Below, piece by piece: positions 35,016-45,791 of a stretch of 64,000 nt of DNA; position 1 is the stretch's first letter, and the number at the start of each line of letters is the position of its first letter. Position numbers and translations under genes: made by a program. The notes below the pieces were generated by a model. That model was not told where the DNA came from. It saw only the letters and a list, made by a program, of their open reading frames with translations, and did no database searches. Source of the stretch: an uncultured Planctomycetota bacterium (GTDB lineage Bacteria > Planctomycetota > Planctomycetia > Isosphaerales > Isosphaeraceae); the NCBI GenBank assembly GCA_963845755.1, contig CAWJTV010000013.1:64001-128000 (forward strand). Direction: 5' to 3'.

Positions 35016-38000
35016 CCGCTAACCCCCGTTGATAGGACCCGTTTCCAGGATCGCCCTTGACCAAGGCCTCGCGCAAGTTGAGTGCCCGGTCGCAGTAGGT
35101 CCGCGCCTCGGTGAGTCGGCCCTGCGCCAGCAGGGCCGCCGCGACCTTGGTCTCCCAGCCAGCCAGCGTGTCCCGATGCGAGCGGTTCGTCGGCTCGGCG
35201 GCAACGATCTGCTGTTGAACGGCCGCCGCCTCCACGCAGGCGGGGACCGCCTCGACCGTCCAACCCGCCTTGAGGAAACTCCACCCGAACGTCCCCAGGC
35301 TGGAGGCCAGCCAACGCTGGGACTGCGTATTCGAAGGATTTTCGCCGACTCGTTTTCGCCAGATCGCGACAGCCTCCTCGAACGACTGGCGCGCCTCGCG
35401 CCTCCTGCCCATCCGGGCGAGGGCGTTCCCAGCGATGAGGTGGCTGTACGGCAGATGGATCCGAGAAAGAGAGGAGTTCGGATCGACGGCGAGCATTTTC
35501 TGGATCATCCGCCGCGCCTCGGCCAGTCGTTCCAGGGCCTCGGCCGGGCGGCCGTCGTCGATCAGTTCGGCCGCCAGATTATTCAGGCCGAAGACCAGGT
35601 TGTTCCCCACGGATGTCAGGGCGGGATTGGCCTCGGCCTCTCTCCTCCAGATCGCGACGGCCCGACGCTCCGACACGACCGCCTCGTCGAGCCGGCCCAG
35701 GTCGGCATGACCTCCCGCGATATTGCTATAGAGCTTCGCCAACACGTCCCCGAAACGGTACACGTCGGGCTGGGCGTCGACCAGCCGCTGGTAGATCGCC
35801 GCTGCATCCGTGTTCGTCGCGATCACGTCGGCTGGCCGGCCCGACCGGTAGAAGACATAGCCGATCGTGATATGACTGGCACCAAGCTCTTCCTGGTAAC
35901 GCGTCACCCCGGGATGCTTCCTGACAAGCTCTTCACAAATTGTGCGGGCGCGCTGGGCTGTTTCCAGTTCGGCTCGGGGGTCGGCCATGTCCATGATGGC
36001 GTCATTCAGGGCCTTGGCCAGCAGTGCGCGGGACTCGTCGCCGCCCCGGCCCGCCGCGACCAGGCCCTCGGCCAGGCGGCGCGCCTCCGTGTGAGCCGCC
36101 TGCGTCCCGGTCTTGTCGCCGCTGTCCGACATCGCAACGGCCATGTCGAGCAGGCTCCGGACCACGTCGATCTCGGCCTCGGGCGCGGCACCGGGCCGGG
36201 CCGCCAGCTCCCGGCGCAGCGCCAGGGCCTTGCGGTGGATCGCCAATGCCTGGTCATGGGTGCCGATCTGCCGGGTCAGCGCGGCCAGCTCGAAATAGGC
36301 CCCGCCCAGCGCCGACCGGGATGCCAGGTCCGGCTGGCCTTCCAGCATCTGCTCCAGCTTTTCATAGAAGCCGGCTGCCCCCTTGAGCAACCTGGACCGC
36401 AGGTCGGCGAATTCCTTCTCCTTGAGCAACAGGTCCTCGCTGACCTCGCCGTGGAAGAGCTTGATCGCGTCCATCGCCAGCTCGAACCGCTGACGCTCCC
36501 GCTTATTAGCCGACGCCAACTCGGCGTTTGTCCGCGTCACTCGCCCGTTGGCCGAGGCCAGCTCGGCGTTGGCCGTCTTGAGGCCGGCGTTGGCGTCGTC
36601 CACCTGGCGGTAGGCGGTTGCCAGGTCGTTGTTGGCGTGCTTCAGCTCGCGATTGGCCTGCGCCTGGACGGCCAGGATTCCCGCCAGGCCGACCACTCCG
36701 GCCACCAGCGCGACCACCGCCGCAGTCACCCCCGTACGATGGCGACGCATCCAGCGGCGGGCCCGGCGGGCCCACGGCTCGTTCCAGGCCGATACCGGCT
36801 CATCCGCCATCCACCGCTCGACGTCGTCGGCCATCGCCCGCGCCGACGGGTACCGATCCGAGGGCTGGAAGGCCATGGCCTTCAGGACGATCGCCTCCAG
36901 GGCCGGGTCGATCGACGCGTCGGCCTGCCGCGGGCGGGCGAACTCGCCCCGCTGGACGGCGGCGACCACCTCGCCGAGCTCGCCGGCGACGGGCGGGCTC
37001 CCGGTCAGGAGGTAGGCCATCGTGCCACCGAGGCTGTAAACGTCCGACTGCGGTCCAAGGTCCACGATTTCTCCCCGCGCCTGCTCCGGGCTCATGTAGG
37101 ACGGCGTGCCCAGCGCGCTGCCGGGGAGTGTCTCGACGCTTCCGCTGGCCGACGAGGGGACCAGCGCCCGCTCGCCCGAGTCGGCGCCGGCCTCGGCGTG
37201 GCCCCGTGCCTTGGCCAATCCCCAGTCGACGAGCAGGGTCTCGCCGTGGTTGCCGACGATGACGTTGCTCGGCTTGATGTCGCGGTGGATCACGCCGCGG
37301 ATGTGGGCGTACTCGACGGCGTTGCAGACGTCGGTGAACCGGCGCAACAGCTTGCGCAACTCCAGCGAGCGGCGGCCGGGGTCCGACTGAGTGGCTGGGT
37401 CGGCGTGGAAGTGATCGGCGGCCTCCTTGAGGCTGTCCCCGCGGATGAACCGCATCGCGTAGTAGGGGCGCCCGTCGGCGTAGGCGCCCAGCCCATAGAC
37501 CGGGACGATCCCGGGATGCTCGAGGCACCCGGTGATCTCGGCCTCGATCAGGAAGCGGGCCCGGCTGATCGGGTCGTCGGCGTGTCGGTCCAGGATCTGC
37601 TTGAGGGCCACCTCGCGGTTCAATTCGGCGTCGAGGGCGACGAAGACCGCCCCGAGTCCGCCCTGGGCGTGGGGTCGAAGGATGCGAAATCGTTGCCTGG
37701 CGGTCTCGCCGGTCGTGCGGTCGACGTCGTCCCGGCCGCCGGCTGGGTAGCCGACCGTCCGCTCGGCGTCGTCCCGGCCGTCGTCGGTCCGTCTCTCGCC
37801 CAAGGCGACGTGGCCGAGTGTCCGGCCGATGTCCGGGTCGCCCAGGTTCGTCAGGCTTTCCAGTGTGGACCGTCCGGCGGGAACGGCGGCCAGGCTCGTG
37901 GCGACGTCGCCGCCGTGGGCCTGGACGTGCAGGTCGGCCAGGGCTTCGATGACCGCCCGCTGGGCGACGTTGAGGTGGCCGAGTGCGATCAGGTGGTCGG

Positions 38001-38638
38001 CCAGCGACCGGGACTTGTCGCCGGTCCAGGTGTTGAAGGCGGCCAGGAGCTGCGCAGGCTGGATCAGGTCGTTCTGCAGCGCGAGTAAACCGAGCAGGAG
38101 CTGGCGGTCGGCGGACATCTTGAACTCCGGCAGGACATCGTCGTTGGCCCGTTCCCCACGCCATGAGTGTGGTCCGGATGAGTTTTTTGATTCTAATTGA
38201 TCGATGGACCGGCAGCAGCGCCGAGCATAATCGGAGAGGGAACCTGGGGACATCGTCTACCGGTCCCGGACTGAAATCGGGGCACCCCGATCGAAACGCA
38301 GAGGAGCGATCACAGGCGAAACTCGCTTCCGTGAGCTCGCCCTCTGGCGGCAAGTGGCGGAGCCGGGAGTTGGTGGTTCATGGAATCACGACGCGAAGTC
38401 CGGACTCAGGGCCGTGGAAAAACGCTTGCACGCTTCACTCCGACACGCGGGAGGGACTTCGGTCCGACACCACACGCATTCTTGGGGTAACAATTTGCAG
38501 GCTCTCGCGGCCGGAACAGCTCGAGCGCCTGTCGGATGAGTTGCGCACGGACCAGGACCTCGTTGGGTTGACACGACCCCTTGGGAAGCAGGCGACCACG
38601 GGACGACCCGAGTGTGTCCAACGCAACCGTGAAGCGCT

Positions 38639-39031
38639 CTACTCTCGGGCCTCCGGTTTGTCCGGCCCAGCCCGGTACTCGTTGGGAAGATGTCGCTTGA
38701 GCTCCATACCATCGTGGAGAACCCGTCCGATTTCGACTCGCCCGCCCTCGAGCGTCCGGTACAGGAGGAAATGTCGGGGCCGCTGCACTTTCCCTATGGA
38801 CTTCTTGACCCGGTCGCGGCTGTGGCGGAGGTGGTAGGTTCGGGCCGACACCGAGATCTCCGGGCGATCATGGCTACCCGCTCGTTCGGGCGATTCGGCC
38901 ACGTCCAGGATGGCTCGGATCAGCAGGGCCTCGTAACGGACCCGGGCCTTTTCCCCGAACTCCTCGTGGGTCCATGCGAGGATCGCCTCGATGTCCTGCT
39001 CGGCCTGCGGTGAGACCCGGTATTGACGCAT
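38639..39031 (-). CDS. parE: RelE/ParE family toxin
   Basis: YRVSPQAEQDIEAIL, RHFLLYR, IGRVLHDGM. Confidence 0.88.
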   Translation of the reverse strand: MRQYRVSPQAEQDIEAILAWTHEEFGEKARVRYEALLIRAILDVAESPERAGSHDRPEISVSARTYHLRHSRDRVKKSIGKVQRPRHFLLYRTLEGGRVEIGRVLHDGMELKRHLPNEYRAGPDKPEARE

Positions 39032-39034
39032 CGG

Positions 39035-39335
39035 TCATTTGCCGCCGGAACGCCGTGCGGCCCGCCGGGCCGCCCGTCCGCCGATGTCCTTGATGAAGTC
39101 CGCGACTTCTCGCTCTCCTTCGAGCGTCGTCCCTTCGCCTCGATCGAGGGCGTCGAATCCCTCGGCTGCCAGTCCACGCAGCACAGCCAGCTTCTCCTCG
39201 TCCTCCTTCGCCTCCCGCTCCAGGAGGCGTAAACCCGCGCATCACCTCGCTGGCGTTCTTGTACCGCCCCGAGACAATCAGGGTCTCGACGAAATCGTGA
39301 TAGTGATCCGTCAAATTGACGTTGCGCGTTGGCAT
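39035..39335 (-). CDS. parD: ParD family RHH antitoxin (frameshifted)
   Basis: MPTRNVNLT...SGRYKNASEVMR; directly upstream of the toxin. Confidence 0.88.
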
Positions 39336-40099
39336 GATCCACCCTCCTCAATTCGTTGATACTATTCAGATTGGCAAAAATTGTCAATCCGCGTCGGATC
39401 AAGGCAGGGCTGGTGGGCTGGTTCCTTCTTCGACTTTGCCCGCGGATGGGAGGGCGAGTGCTCTGTCCCCGGTTTTCTCCCCTGTTACCGAACCATCTTC
39501 AATACCGTCATCGGCTAAACTATAGATTCGCTTCGCCGCGTACCCGAGGCGTTGGGCAGGGTCCTAGGCAACCTCCTCGGGAAGCAGGAATCGATCCACC
39601 CCATCGCTGCCGGCGTGTTCGGGTAAGTCTCCTGCCGCCGGTCGTCAAGACGGGAACTCTCCCCGCGACGCACGGGTTCGTGTTTGGTGGCGCAAGAGCC
39701 CGTAAACAAGCCTGGCCCCGAGGTCGGTTCCGCACCCACACAGGCTTCGATGGTCCTTGATCAGGATATTCCCGCCGAGCGCCCATAAAAACCCGAAAGA
39801 GGGACCCGTCGCTTGCCAGCCAGCAAGAGGTGTGCAGGCGATGCTATGGGCCGATTCGATGGAAGGGTGATCCGATGTTGGCTGAAATCGCGCCGGCGAG
39901 GCATCCTGGCCCGAATGCTCCCCGACTGTTGTGCTGGCATCATTGGGCCGTTCCGGGCGGCCCTAACGACGGCTCTGGTATCGTCAAGGGAGACAGGTCA
40001 GAATAGGCCGATGCTCCAGTCCGGGTGATTGCCCGCCAGGAACTTCACGAGGGCTCCCGGTCGCCCCAGGTAGGGGGCCGACGCGAAAAAAGCCCGACC

Positions 40100-40127
40100 T
40101 GTCACAAAACCGCTCCGCTCGTTCGTC
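40100..40127 (+). promoter_or_regulatory. ECF41-type promoter
   Basis: TGTCACA-N17-CGTC upstream of the cupin-ECF41-oxidoreductase operon; the known consensus spacer is about 16 nt. Confidence 0.65.
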
Positions 40128-40184
40128 CTTGGTTCTGGACGGCGGGTGGCGACCGATCACGACTCTTTCGATGGAGGGAAAGCC

Positions 40185-40607
40185 ATGACTCGTGGGACAC
40201 TGATAGTGGCGGCAGGGGTCGTTCTGGGGACCGGAGGCTTGATCGCGGCCCGGCACGACGAAAAACACGAGGCGGCCAGACCGCTGGCGGTCCGGGAGAT
40301 TGCCGAGAAGCTGGACGGCAAGGAGACGAACGCGACGGCCGTCGAGGTGACGCTGGAATCCGGCCAGGCGGGCGCCTCGCACCGCCATCCTGGGCCGGCG
40401 TTCGGGTATGTGCTGGAGGGTGAGTACGAGTGGGCGATCGACGACCAGCCGGCCAAAGTGCTCAGGGCGGGCGAGACGTTCTACGAGCCGGGCGGCTGCC
40501 TGCACCGGGTGTCCAGGAACCCGGGCAAGGTGAAGATGCGGATGCTGGCGTGGGTCCTGCACCCGCGAGACGCGAAGGACCTCGTGATCCCGGAACCGAA
40601 GAAATGA
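40185..40607 (+). CDS. Cupin domain protein
   Basis: HRHPG..FGYVLEG, GETFYEP...LH. Confidence 0.9.
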   Translation: MTRGTLIVAAGVVLGTGGLIAARHDEKHEAARPLAVREIAEKLDGKETNATAVEVTLESGQAGASHRHPGPAFGYVLEGEYEWAIDDQPAKVLRAGETFYEPGGCLHRVSRNPGKVKMRMLAWVLHPRDAKDLVIPEPKK

Positions 40608-40635
40608 CCACGGTCTCCGACTGCGTGAGGACACC

Positions 40636-41478
40636 ATGATCGACGACGTGATCGCCCTGCGGCCGCGGATGATGTCCGTCGCTTACCGGATGCTCGGGAG
40701 CATGGTCGACGCCGAGGACACCGTGCAGGACACCTTCGTGCGCTACCAGACTGCCGGAGGCGTCTCTTCGCCCGAAGGGTTTCTCGTCCGCACCGCGACG
40801 CGTCTCTGCATCGACCGGCTGCGGGACCGGAAGCGGCGGGGTTACGTCGGACCGTGGGTGCCCGAGCCGGTGGAGACGAGCGGGCGGGAATCCGCCCTGG
40901 CCGACTCCTTGACGCAGGCTTTCCTGCTCCTCCTGGAGCGGCCGACGCCGGACGAGCGGGCGGCGTTCCTGCTCCGCACCGTCTTTGACTACGAGTACGC
41001 GGAAATCGGCAACGTGGTGGGGCGGTCGGAGGCGGCCGTTCGGCAGATCGTCAGCCGGGCCCGGCGGCGGCTCGGGCTGGAAGGTGGGGAGCGGTTTCAT
41101 GCCAGCGGAACCCGTGCGGGTGGCCTTGCCGAGCGGTTCATGGCGGCCTGCCGGACGGGGGACGTGAAGGCGGTCGAGCAGATGCTCACGGAGGACGTCG
41201 AGGTCCACTCCGACGGCGGGGGCAAGGCGTCGGCGGCGCGGGTCGTGGTCCGTGGGCGCGACCGGGCCGCCCGGTTCCTGGCCGGGGTGTTCAGCAAGAA
41301 GCGTGCTGACTGCGAGATGCACGCGACCACGGTGAACGGCGCGCCGGGGGTGGCGTTCAGGTACGGCGGCGCGGTGGTTCAGGTCGTGGCCCTGTCCCTC
41401 GGGGTCGGGGTCCGGGCCGTCGATATGACCAACAACCCGGACAAGCTGTCCCGCTGGGTTGTTGCGGAGGTCGAATAG
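40636..41478 (+). CDS. ECF41 (SigJ-like) sigma factor with SnoaL-like C-terminus
   Basis: AYRMLGS..DAED, YVGPWVPEP linker, SDGGGK, NPDKL. Confidence 0.92.
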   Translation: MIDDVIALRPRMMSVAYRMLGSMVDAEDTVQDTFVRYQTAGGVSSPEGFLVRTATRLCIDRLRDRKRRGYVGPWVPEPVETSGRESALADSLTQAFLLLLERPTPDERAAFLLRTVFDYEYAEIGNVVGRSEAAVRQIVSRARRRLGLEGGERFHASGTRAGGLAERFMAACRTGDVKAVEQMLTEDVEVHSDGGGKASAARVVVRGRDRAARFLAGVFSKKRADCEMHATTVNGAPGVAFRYGGAVVQVVALSLGVGVRAVDMTNNPDKLSRWVVAEVE

Positions 41479-41531
41479 GTTTCGCCATACGAATCGCCCG
41501 AAACCTGGGGCGACAAACAAGGAGATTCGTC

Positions 41532-42287
41532 ATGAAGATCGTGGTCATCGGTGGCAGCGGGCTCATCGGGAAAAAACTCGTGCCGATCCTTCGCGAACGC
41601 GGCCATGAGGCGGTGCCGGCTTCTCCCTCTTCGGGCGTCAACACCCTCACCGGCGCGGGGTTGACCGAGGCGCTCGCCGGCGCGGGGGTCGTCGTCGATG
41701 CGTCGAACTCGCCATCGTTCGCGGATGCCGCGGTGCTGGAGTTCTTCCAGACGTCCACTCGAAACCTGCTCGCCGCAGAAGCGGCGGCCGGGGTGGGGCA
41801 CCACGTCGCCCTGTCGGTGGTCGGGGCCGACCGCCTGCCGGACAGCGGATACATGCGGGCCAAGGTCGCGCAGGAGCAGTTGATCGCGGCCGGCGAGGTG
41901 CCATACACGATCGTCCAGGCCACGCAGTTCTTCGAGTTCCTCGGTGGGATCGCCGGGCCGAGGGCCGATGGCGACACCGTCCGACTCCCGACGGCACCGA
42001 TGCAGCCTCTGGCGGCAGACGATGTGGCTGGAGCACTGGCCGAAGTCGTCGTGGGGGTGCCGGTGAATGGGATCGTCGAACTGGCGGGGCCCGAGGCGGC
42101 GCCCATCGCCGAGTTCGTGGGGCGCTTCCTGGCCGCGAGTGGGGACACCCGCACGGTGGTCGCTGACCCGCAAGCCCGCTACTTCGGCGCGGTGCTGGAC
42201 GACCGCGGCCTGAACCCCGCGGGCAACCCGCGCGTCGGCCCGACGCGGTTCAAGGACTGGCTCGGCCGCGCGGTGTCTCAGGGATAA
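41532..42287 (+). CDS. NAD(P)-binding SDR/NmrA-like oxidoreductase
   Basis: MKIVVIGGSGLIG, HHVALSVVG, YMRAK, ATQFFEF. Confidence 0.9.
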   Translation: MKIVVIGGSGLIGKKLVPILRERGHEAVPASPSSGVNTLTGAGLTEALAGAGVVVDASNSPSFADAAVLEFFQTSTRNLLAAEAAAGVGHHVALSVVGADRLPDSGYMRAKVAQEQLIAAGEVPYTIVQATQFFEFLGGIAGPRADGDTVRLPTAPMQPLAADDVAGALAEVVVGVPVNGIVELAGPEAAPIAEFVGRFLAASGDTRTVVADPQARYFGAVLDDRGLNPAGNPRVGPTRFKDWLGRAVSQG

Positions 42288-42401
42288 GTCGGCGTTCGCG
42301 TATTTCGGGGGGCGACTGTCCTGGGAATGGTAGGGCGCCTCATGGTTGCGTTGCACACGCGACCCAGGGTGCTCTGCGAGTACCGATCACAAACCCGTTG
42401 A

Positions 42402-42489
42402 GGAATCCCCAATTCCGGATTCCGGATTCGAGATTCCCGATTCGGGAATCCTTCCTGTTGGGAATCCGGAATCGCGAATCCGGAATCCC
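42402..42489. repeat. Inverted clusters of heptamer repeats (GATTCCG/CGGAATC-like)
   Basis: About 5 copies of nnATTCs followed by about 4 copies of snGAATC, between convergent genes. Confidence 0.75.
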
Positions 42490-42572
42490 TCTGTTGCATC
42501 GACAAAACGTGACTGATTCGTCTCGGTGCTCTCTGTGGCTCTGTGGTGAATCTCTTCGGGTTTGCTCCCTGG

Positions 42573-43806
42573 TCAACGCCACCCATAGCCGTAGAAATGC
42601 TCGGGCGCGACGCGCTCGGCCCGGCTCTCGGTGGCAAGGCTCAGCACCGCTCCGAAGGGTGCTGGGGCAAGGTCGTTGCCCCGGCCGTTGTACTGCGTGC
42701 CTCCCCGGCGGGTCCCGACGGCCACCACCTCGAAGCCGACGAAGCGCCCCTGCTTCCGGTCGAAGCGCGCCGAGCCGAGGAGCTTCATCTCCAGGCCGCG
42801 CTCCTGAACGCTTGGCTTCTTCATGTCGCGATAGCCGCGAATCGACCAGTCTCCCTTTTGTACGGCCTTGGTCCGGCCTTCCAGGCGGAGGGAGACCACG
42901 TCGCCCTGGACTGCCGTGATGCGGCTGGTCAGTGTCGCGTCCTCGATCGCACGCGCCGGGAACGGTGAAGTCTGTCCACGCACGTTGTCGAGGAAATGGA
43001 ACCGGGCGAGTCGCTCGACGAGGGGTCGCGGCACCTCGCGCGTCCGGCCGGGCTCGATCTCCGCGGGCAAGAACTGCCCGGCCTCCTCCTTGGTGAACCA
43101 GGCGAAGTCCTGGTTCCAGGCGTCGGCCCACCGCCCTTGCTGCGGCGGGTTGCGCGGCAAGTCGCGTGTGTTGACCTTCAGGACCAGGCCGCCCTCGGGG
43201 AAGAATCGATCGGCCCGGTTCAACTGTGCGATGTCCAGCGGATCTTCGCCCGAGAACTTACGCCCCTCGGCCTTGAGATTATCCCAATTCTTCAGGGCCT
43301 CACGCAGCTTGCGGGCGACGAATCGCGGGTTATTGTTGTTCCAGGAGGCCAGGAACGTGCCGTCGGCCGTGGTGGCATAGGTCCCCTGACGCGTGCCCGA
43401 GGGCGCGTGCGGCCGGCATAGTGGCCCTGTTCGGCGATCTTCTGGAAGAGCCGGCACTCGGCGTCACTGCCCTTCTGCAGGCGCCCCACCTCGTCGGCGG
43501 CGGGGATGAACTTCGCGGTGAGCTCCTTCACCTCGGGGTCGGTCCAGACAGACTGTCTGGCGATCACGCCGTTGTTTCAGGTACATCCCAGGGGATGACC
43601 GTTCATCGTCCAGAGCAGGATGGGCCGATCGGTCTCTCTCGCCTCATTGATCGCGATGTAGAACGACTCCGCCAGGGGATCTCCAGGTAAGACTCCTCCT
43701 TGACCTGGGGACGGATATAGTCACGCCATCGCTCGAACGACTGATCGTCCAGGACGGGCGCCTGCCCCAGCGCGACGATCGCGGCAAATAGGAACGCGTG
43801 CATCAT
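42573..43806 (-). CDS. Putative secreted thioredoxin-fold selenoprotein (CxU motif, UGA at 43579-43577), two indel frameshifts
   Basis: IPW(R)ESFYIAINEARETDRPILLWTMNGHPLGCT-TGA-NNGVIARQSVWTDPEVKELTAKFIPAADEV is continuous in one frame across the UGA; hairpin 16 nt downstream. Confidence 0.75.
43544..43560 (-). promoter_or_regulatory. Candidate bacterial SECIS element
   Basis: mRNA CCAGACA-GUC-UGUCUGG, a perfect 7-bp stem with a G-leading apical loop, starting 16 nt after the UGA. Confidence 0.6.
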
Positions 43807-44070
43807 TCGCCCGGTCTCCAGAGAAGGATCTCGCTGGCCACTCCGAGACTCGCATTAGACACGGGCCGCATCCCCGTGTGCAAGGGACAACAGCAAATGC
43901 CTCACCCGAACTCTGCCTTCGTGGTTCGCGACTCATCATCGGCGGTCGGTCTGGGTGAGACCCTCGGGCAAACGGGTACCACCTCGGTTGAGATGGCAAT
44001 CAAAGTCCTTCCAAGTTCTTCGGCCAGATCGCCGCTCCGCAGATTCTTACCGCGTCTGCCAGGCATCGAA

Positions 44071-44940
44071 TCAAAACCTCCTGCGGACGAGAGAACATGC
44101 CCAGGCATTTTTCCGGCGCGGATCAGCGAGAGAACGTGGTGAAGAAGTAGGGGCGCGGCCACCCGACGCCGTTTGGTCGAAGGCGAACTCCCAGACTTGT
44201 TTCCCCTTCCGCGAACCGCGAATGGTCGCATTCGCCTCCGGGGCAAAGGCATATTGCCACTCGGGGCCGTTCTGGCCGTTGCGCATTTCGAGGAGCAGGT
44301 AAACTTCGGCGTCGGTGGCCAGCACGAAGGTAAAGAGTGCGCCGTCGAGCGCCTCGGATCCAGGCTTGCCGTATCGCGCCAGCGGCTTGGACAGGAGGCG
44401 AAGATTGTGCCACGTCTGGAGGTCCCAGTTCATCTCGGCGCTGAAGCCCTTGGCGAGCTCGTGCATTTGGCGGAGCCGGCGCTCCGGCGAGTCGGACGGC
44501 CTGGGTGCGTCGGGCACGGGCTTGAACTCGACTCCCGGACGGCCTGGATTCCAGGTGCGGTCCGAGACCAGTGCGTCGGTCGAGAGTGAGGAGAAGGCCT
44601 GGAACCAGGTGCCGTCGCTTCCGCGATAGACCTGCACCGCCGCGGCCGGTCTTTCGGCCGGGTCGAGCCAGAGAAAGATCGCCCCGTCGTGGACCGTTCC
44701 CACCGGATTGTTGAATCGCAGGACAGGGTCGGGCTTCAGGCGGAACACCGTCTTGGGATCGTCCGCGGGGTGGAGGTTGTACTGCGCCAGCGAGTCCTTC
44801 ATGAACGCGAGCCGCTCCGTGGACGTGTCGGACTTCGCCGTCGCCATCTTCTCCCCCGCCTTTGCCGCACCTTTCGCGGCAGTCGGCGCTTGGCTCAGAA
44901 CACCGAGGATCAACGCGAGCGATAACGAGAGAGTTGTCAT
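44071..44940 (-). CDS. Hypothetical secreted planctomycete protein
   Basis: Signal peptide MTTLSLSLALILGVL; PVLRFNNP, DGAIFLW, RLRQM, LRLLSKPLARY, DGALF; C-terminal limit uncertain. Confidence 0.75.
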   Translation of the reverse strand: MTTLSLSLALILGVLSQAPTAAKGAAKAGEKMATAKSDTSTERLAFMKDSLAQYNLHPADDPKTVFRLKPDPVLRFNNPVGTVHDGAIFLWLDPAERPAAAVQVYRGSDGTWFQAFSSLSTDALVSDRTWNPGRPGVEFKPVPDAPRPSDSPERRLRQMHELAKGFSAEMNWDLQTWHNLRLLSKPLARYGKPGSEALDGALFTFVLATDAEVYLLLEMRNGQNGPEWQYAFAPEANATIRGSRKGKQVWEFAFDQTASGGRAPTSSPRSLADPRRKNAWACSLVRRRF

Positions 44941-44953
44941 CGTGGGCTCCCGA

Positions 44954-45217
44954 TCAACGGCGCGAGATGGTGACATGCCCGTAAAGGCTTCCACGGATCG
45001 GGTTGGACCATTTGAGGAGCGGCTGGGGCACGAGCCGGAATGGCGCACCGCCGGGCCCGGCGGCGCGGATGGTGATCGGGCCCACCTCCTTGCGACCACG
45101 CTCCAGGGCCGCGTTCGCCGGCGCCTTCTCGTCGTCCGGCTCGTCGCCGAAGACGAGACCCGCCGCCAGCAGGCAGGAGAACGCCGGGATTACCCGTGTC
45201 GTCGGCCGTCGTCGCAT
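44954..45217 (-). pseudogene. Truncated N-terminal paralog of the downstream gene
   Basis: FRLVPQPLLKWSNPIRG matches FRLKPDPVLRFNNPVG, then the ORF stops. Confidence 0.5.
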
Positions 45218-45377
45218 GGCAAGCACCTTCTCCGGCCAGGACCGGATCGCCTCGGAAGCACTTCGACAGGCGTAGGATCGATCTCGCGAGCTTACAAAAA
45301 TAGTCGGACGTTTACAAGAACCGTCCGGCTCTTCGATCGGCCGTCACAGGCAAGGGTCGCATCCGGGAACGGGCACT

Positions 45378-45569
45378 TAGAGCGCTTCACGGTTGGGTTG
45401 CACACAGGCGAAGCCGGTTCCCAAAGAACCCCCCGGAACCCCCCCTTCGCAAGGGGGGGACCATTGAGGAGGAGTGGCCCATTTCCTGTCCCCCCCTTGC
45501 GAAGGGGGGGTTCCGGGGGGTGTATTCGCATCGCTCTGGGCGTGCGCAACGCAACTGATAATCGCTCTA
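45378..45569 (+). mobile_element. MITE-like palindromic element, copy 1
   Basis: Ends TAGAGCG...CGCTCTA; internal CCCCCCTTCGCAAGGGGGG palindromes; near-identical inverted copy at 47085. Confidence 0.85.
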
Positions 45570-45791
45570 GTTTCTCTCGACGGGTTTCGGAACTGTTGCA
45601 CGAACCGGCCTCGCGTCACAACGCCTTTGCGCCCTGAGCTAGCGCCATGCGTCTGATGACACCGAAGCAGGCTGATCCGAAGGTGCTACGGTCGATCCCA
45701 CGGACGCCTTGTCCCCTACCTAAGAATTCCTGGTATCCTGATTCGTGATTCGCCACGGATTGTTCGCCTTTCCCGAACCGGAGTTGTCCGC

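Larger units (their letters stand above)
33141..38118 (-). pseudogene. Ser/Thr protein kinase with TPR-like repeats, interrupted by IS4
   Basis: HAQGGLGAV, VALK, HRDIKPSN, DWGLAK, GTPSYMSPEQ. Removing the IS and one TSD restores ...YQRGLA|ETLLRSGG... Confidence 0.92.

Noticed and set aside
35029..38088. 1019-aa + strand ORF and similar long antisense ORFs (e.g. 17881-19665, 48148-49254)
   Set aside because: Shadow frames of real genes in high-GC DNA; no motifs.
38120..38630. Long non-coding stretch upstream of the kinase as an RNA gene
   Set aside because: No tRNA cloverleaf, riboswitch signature or terminator recognised by eye.
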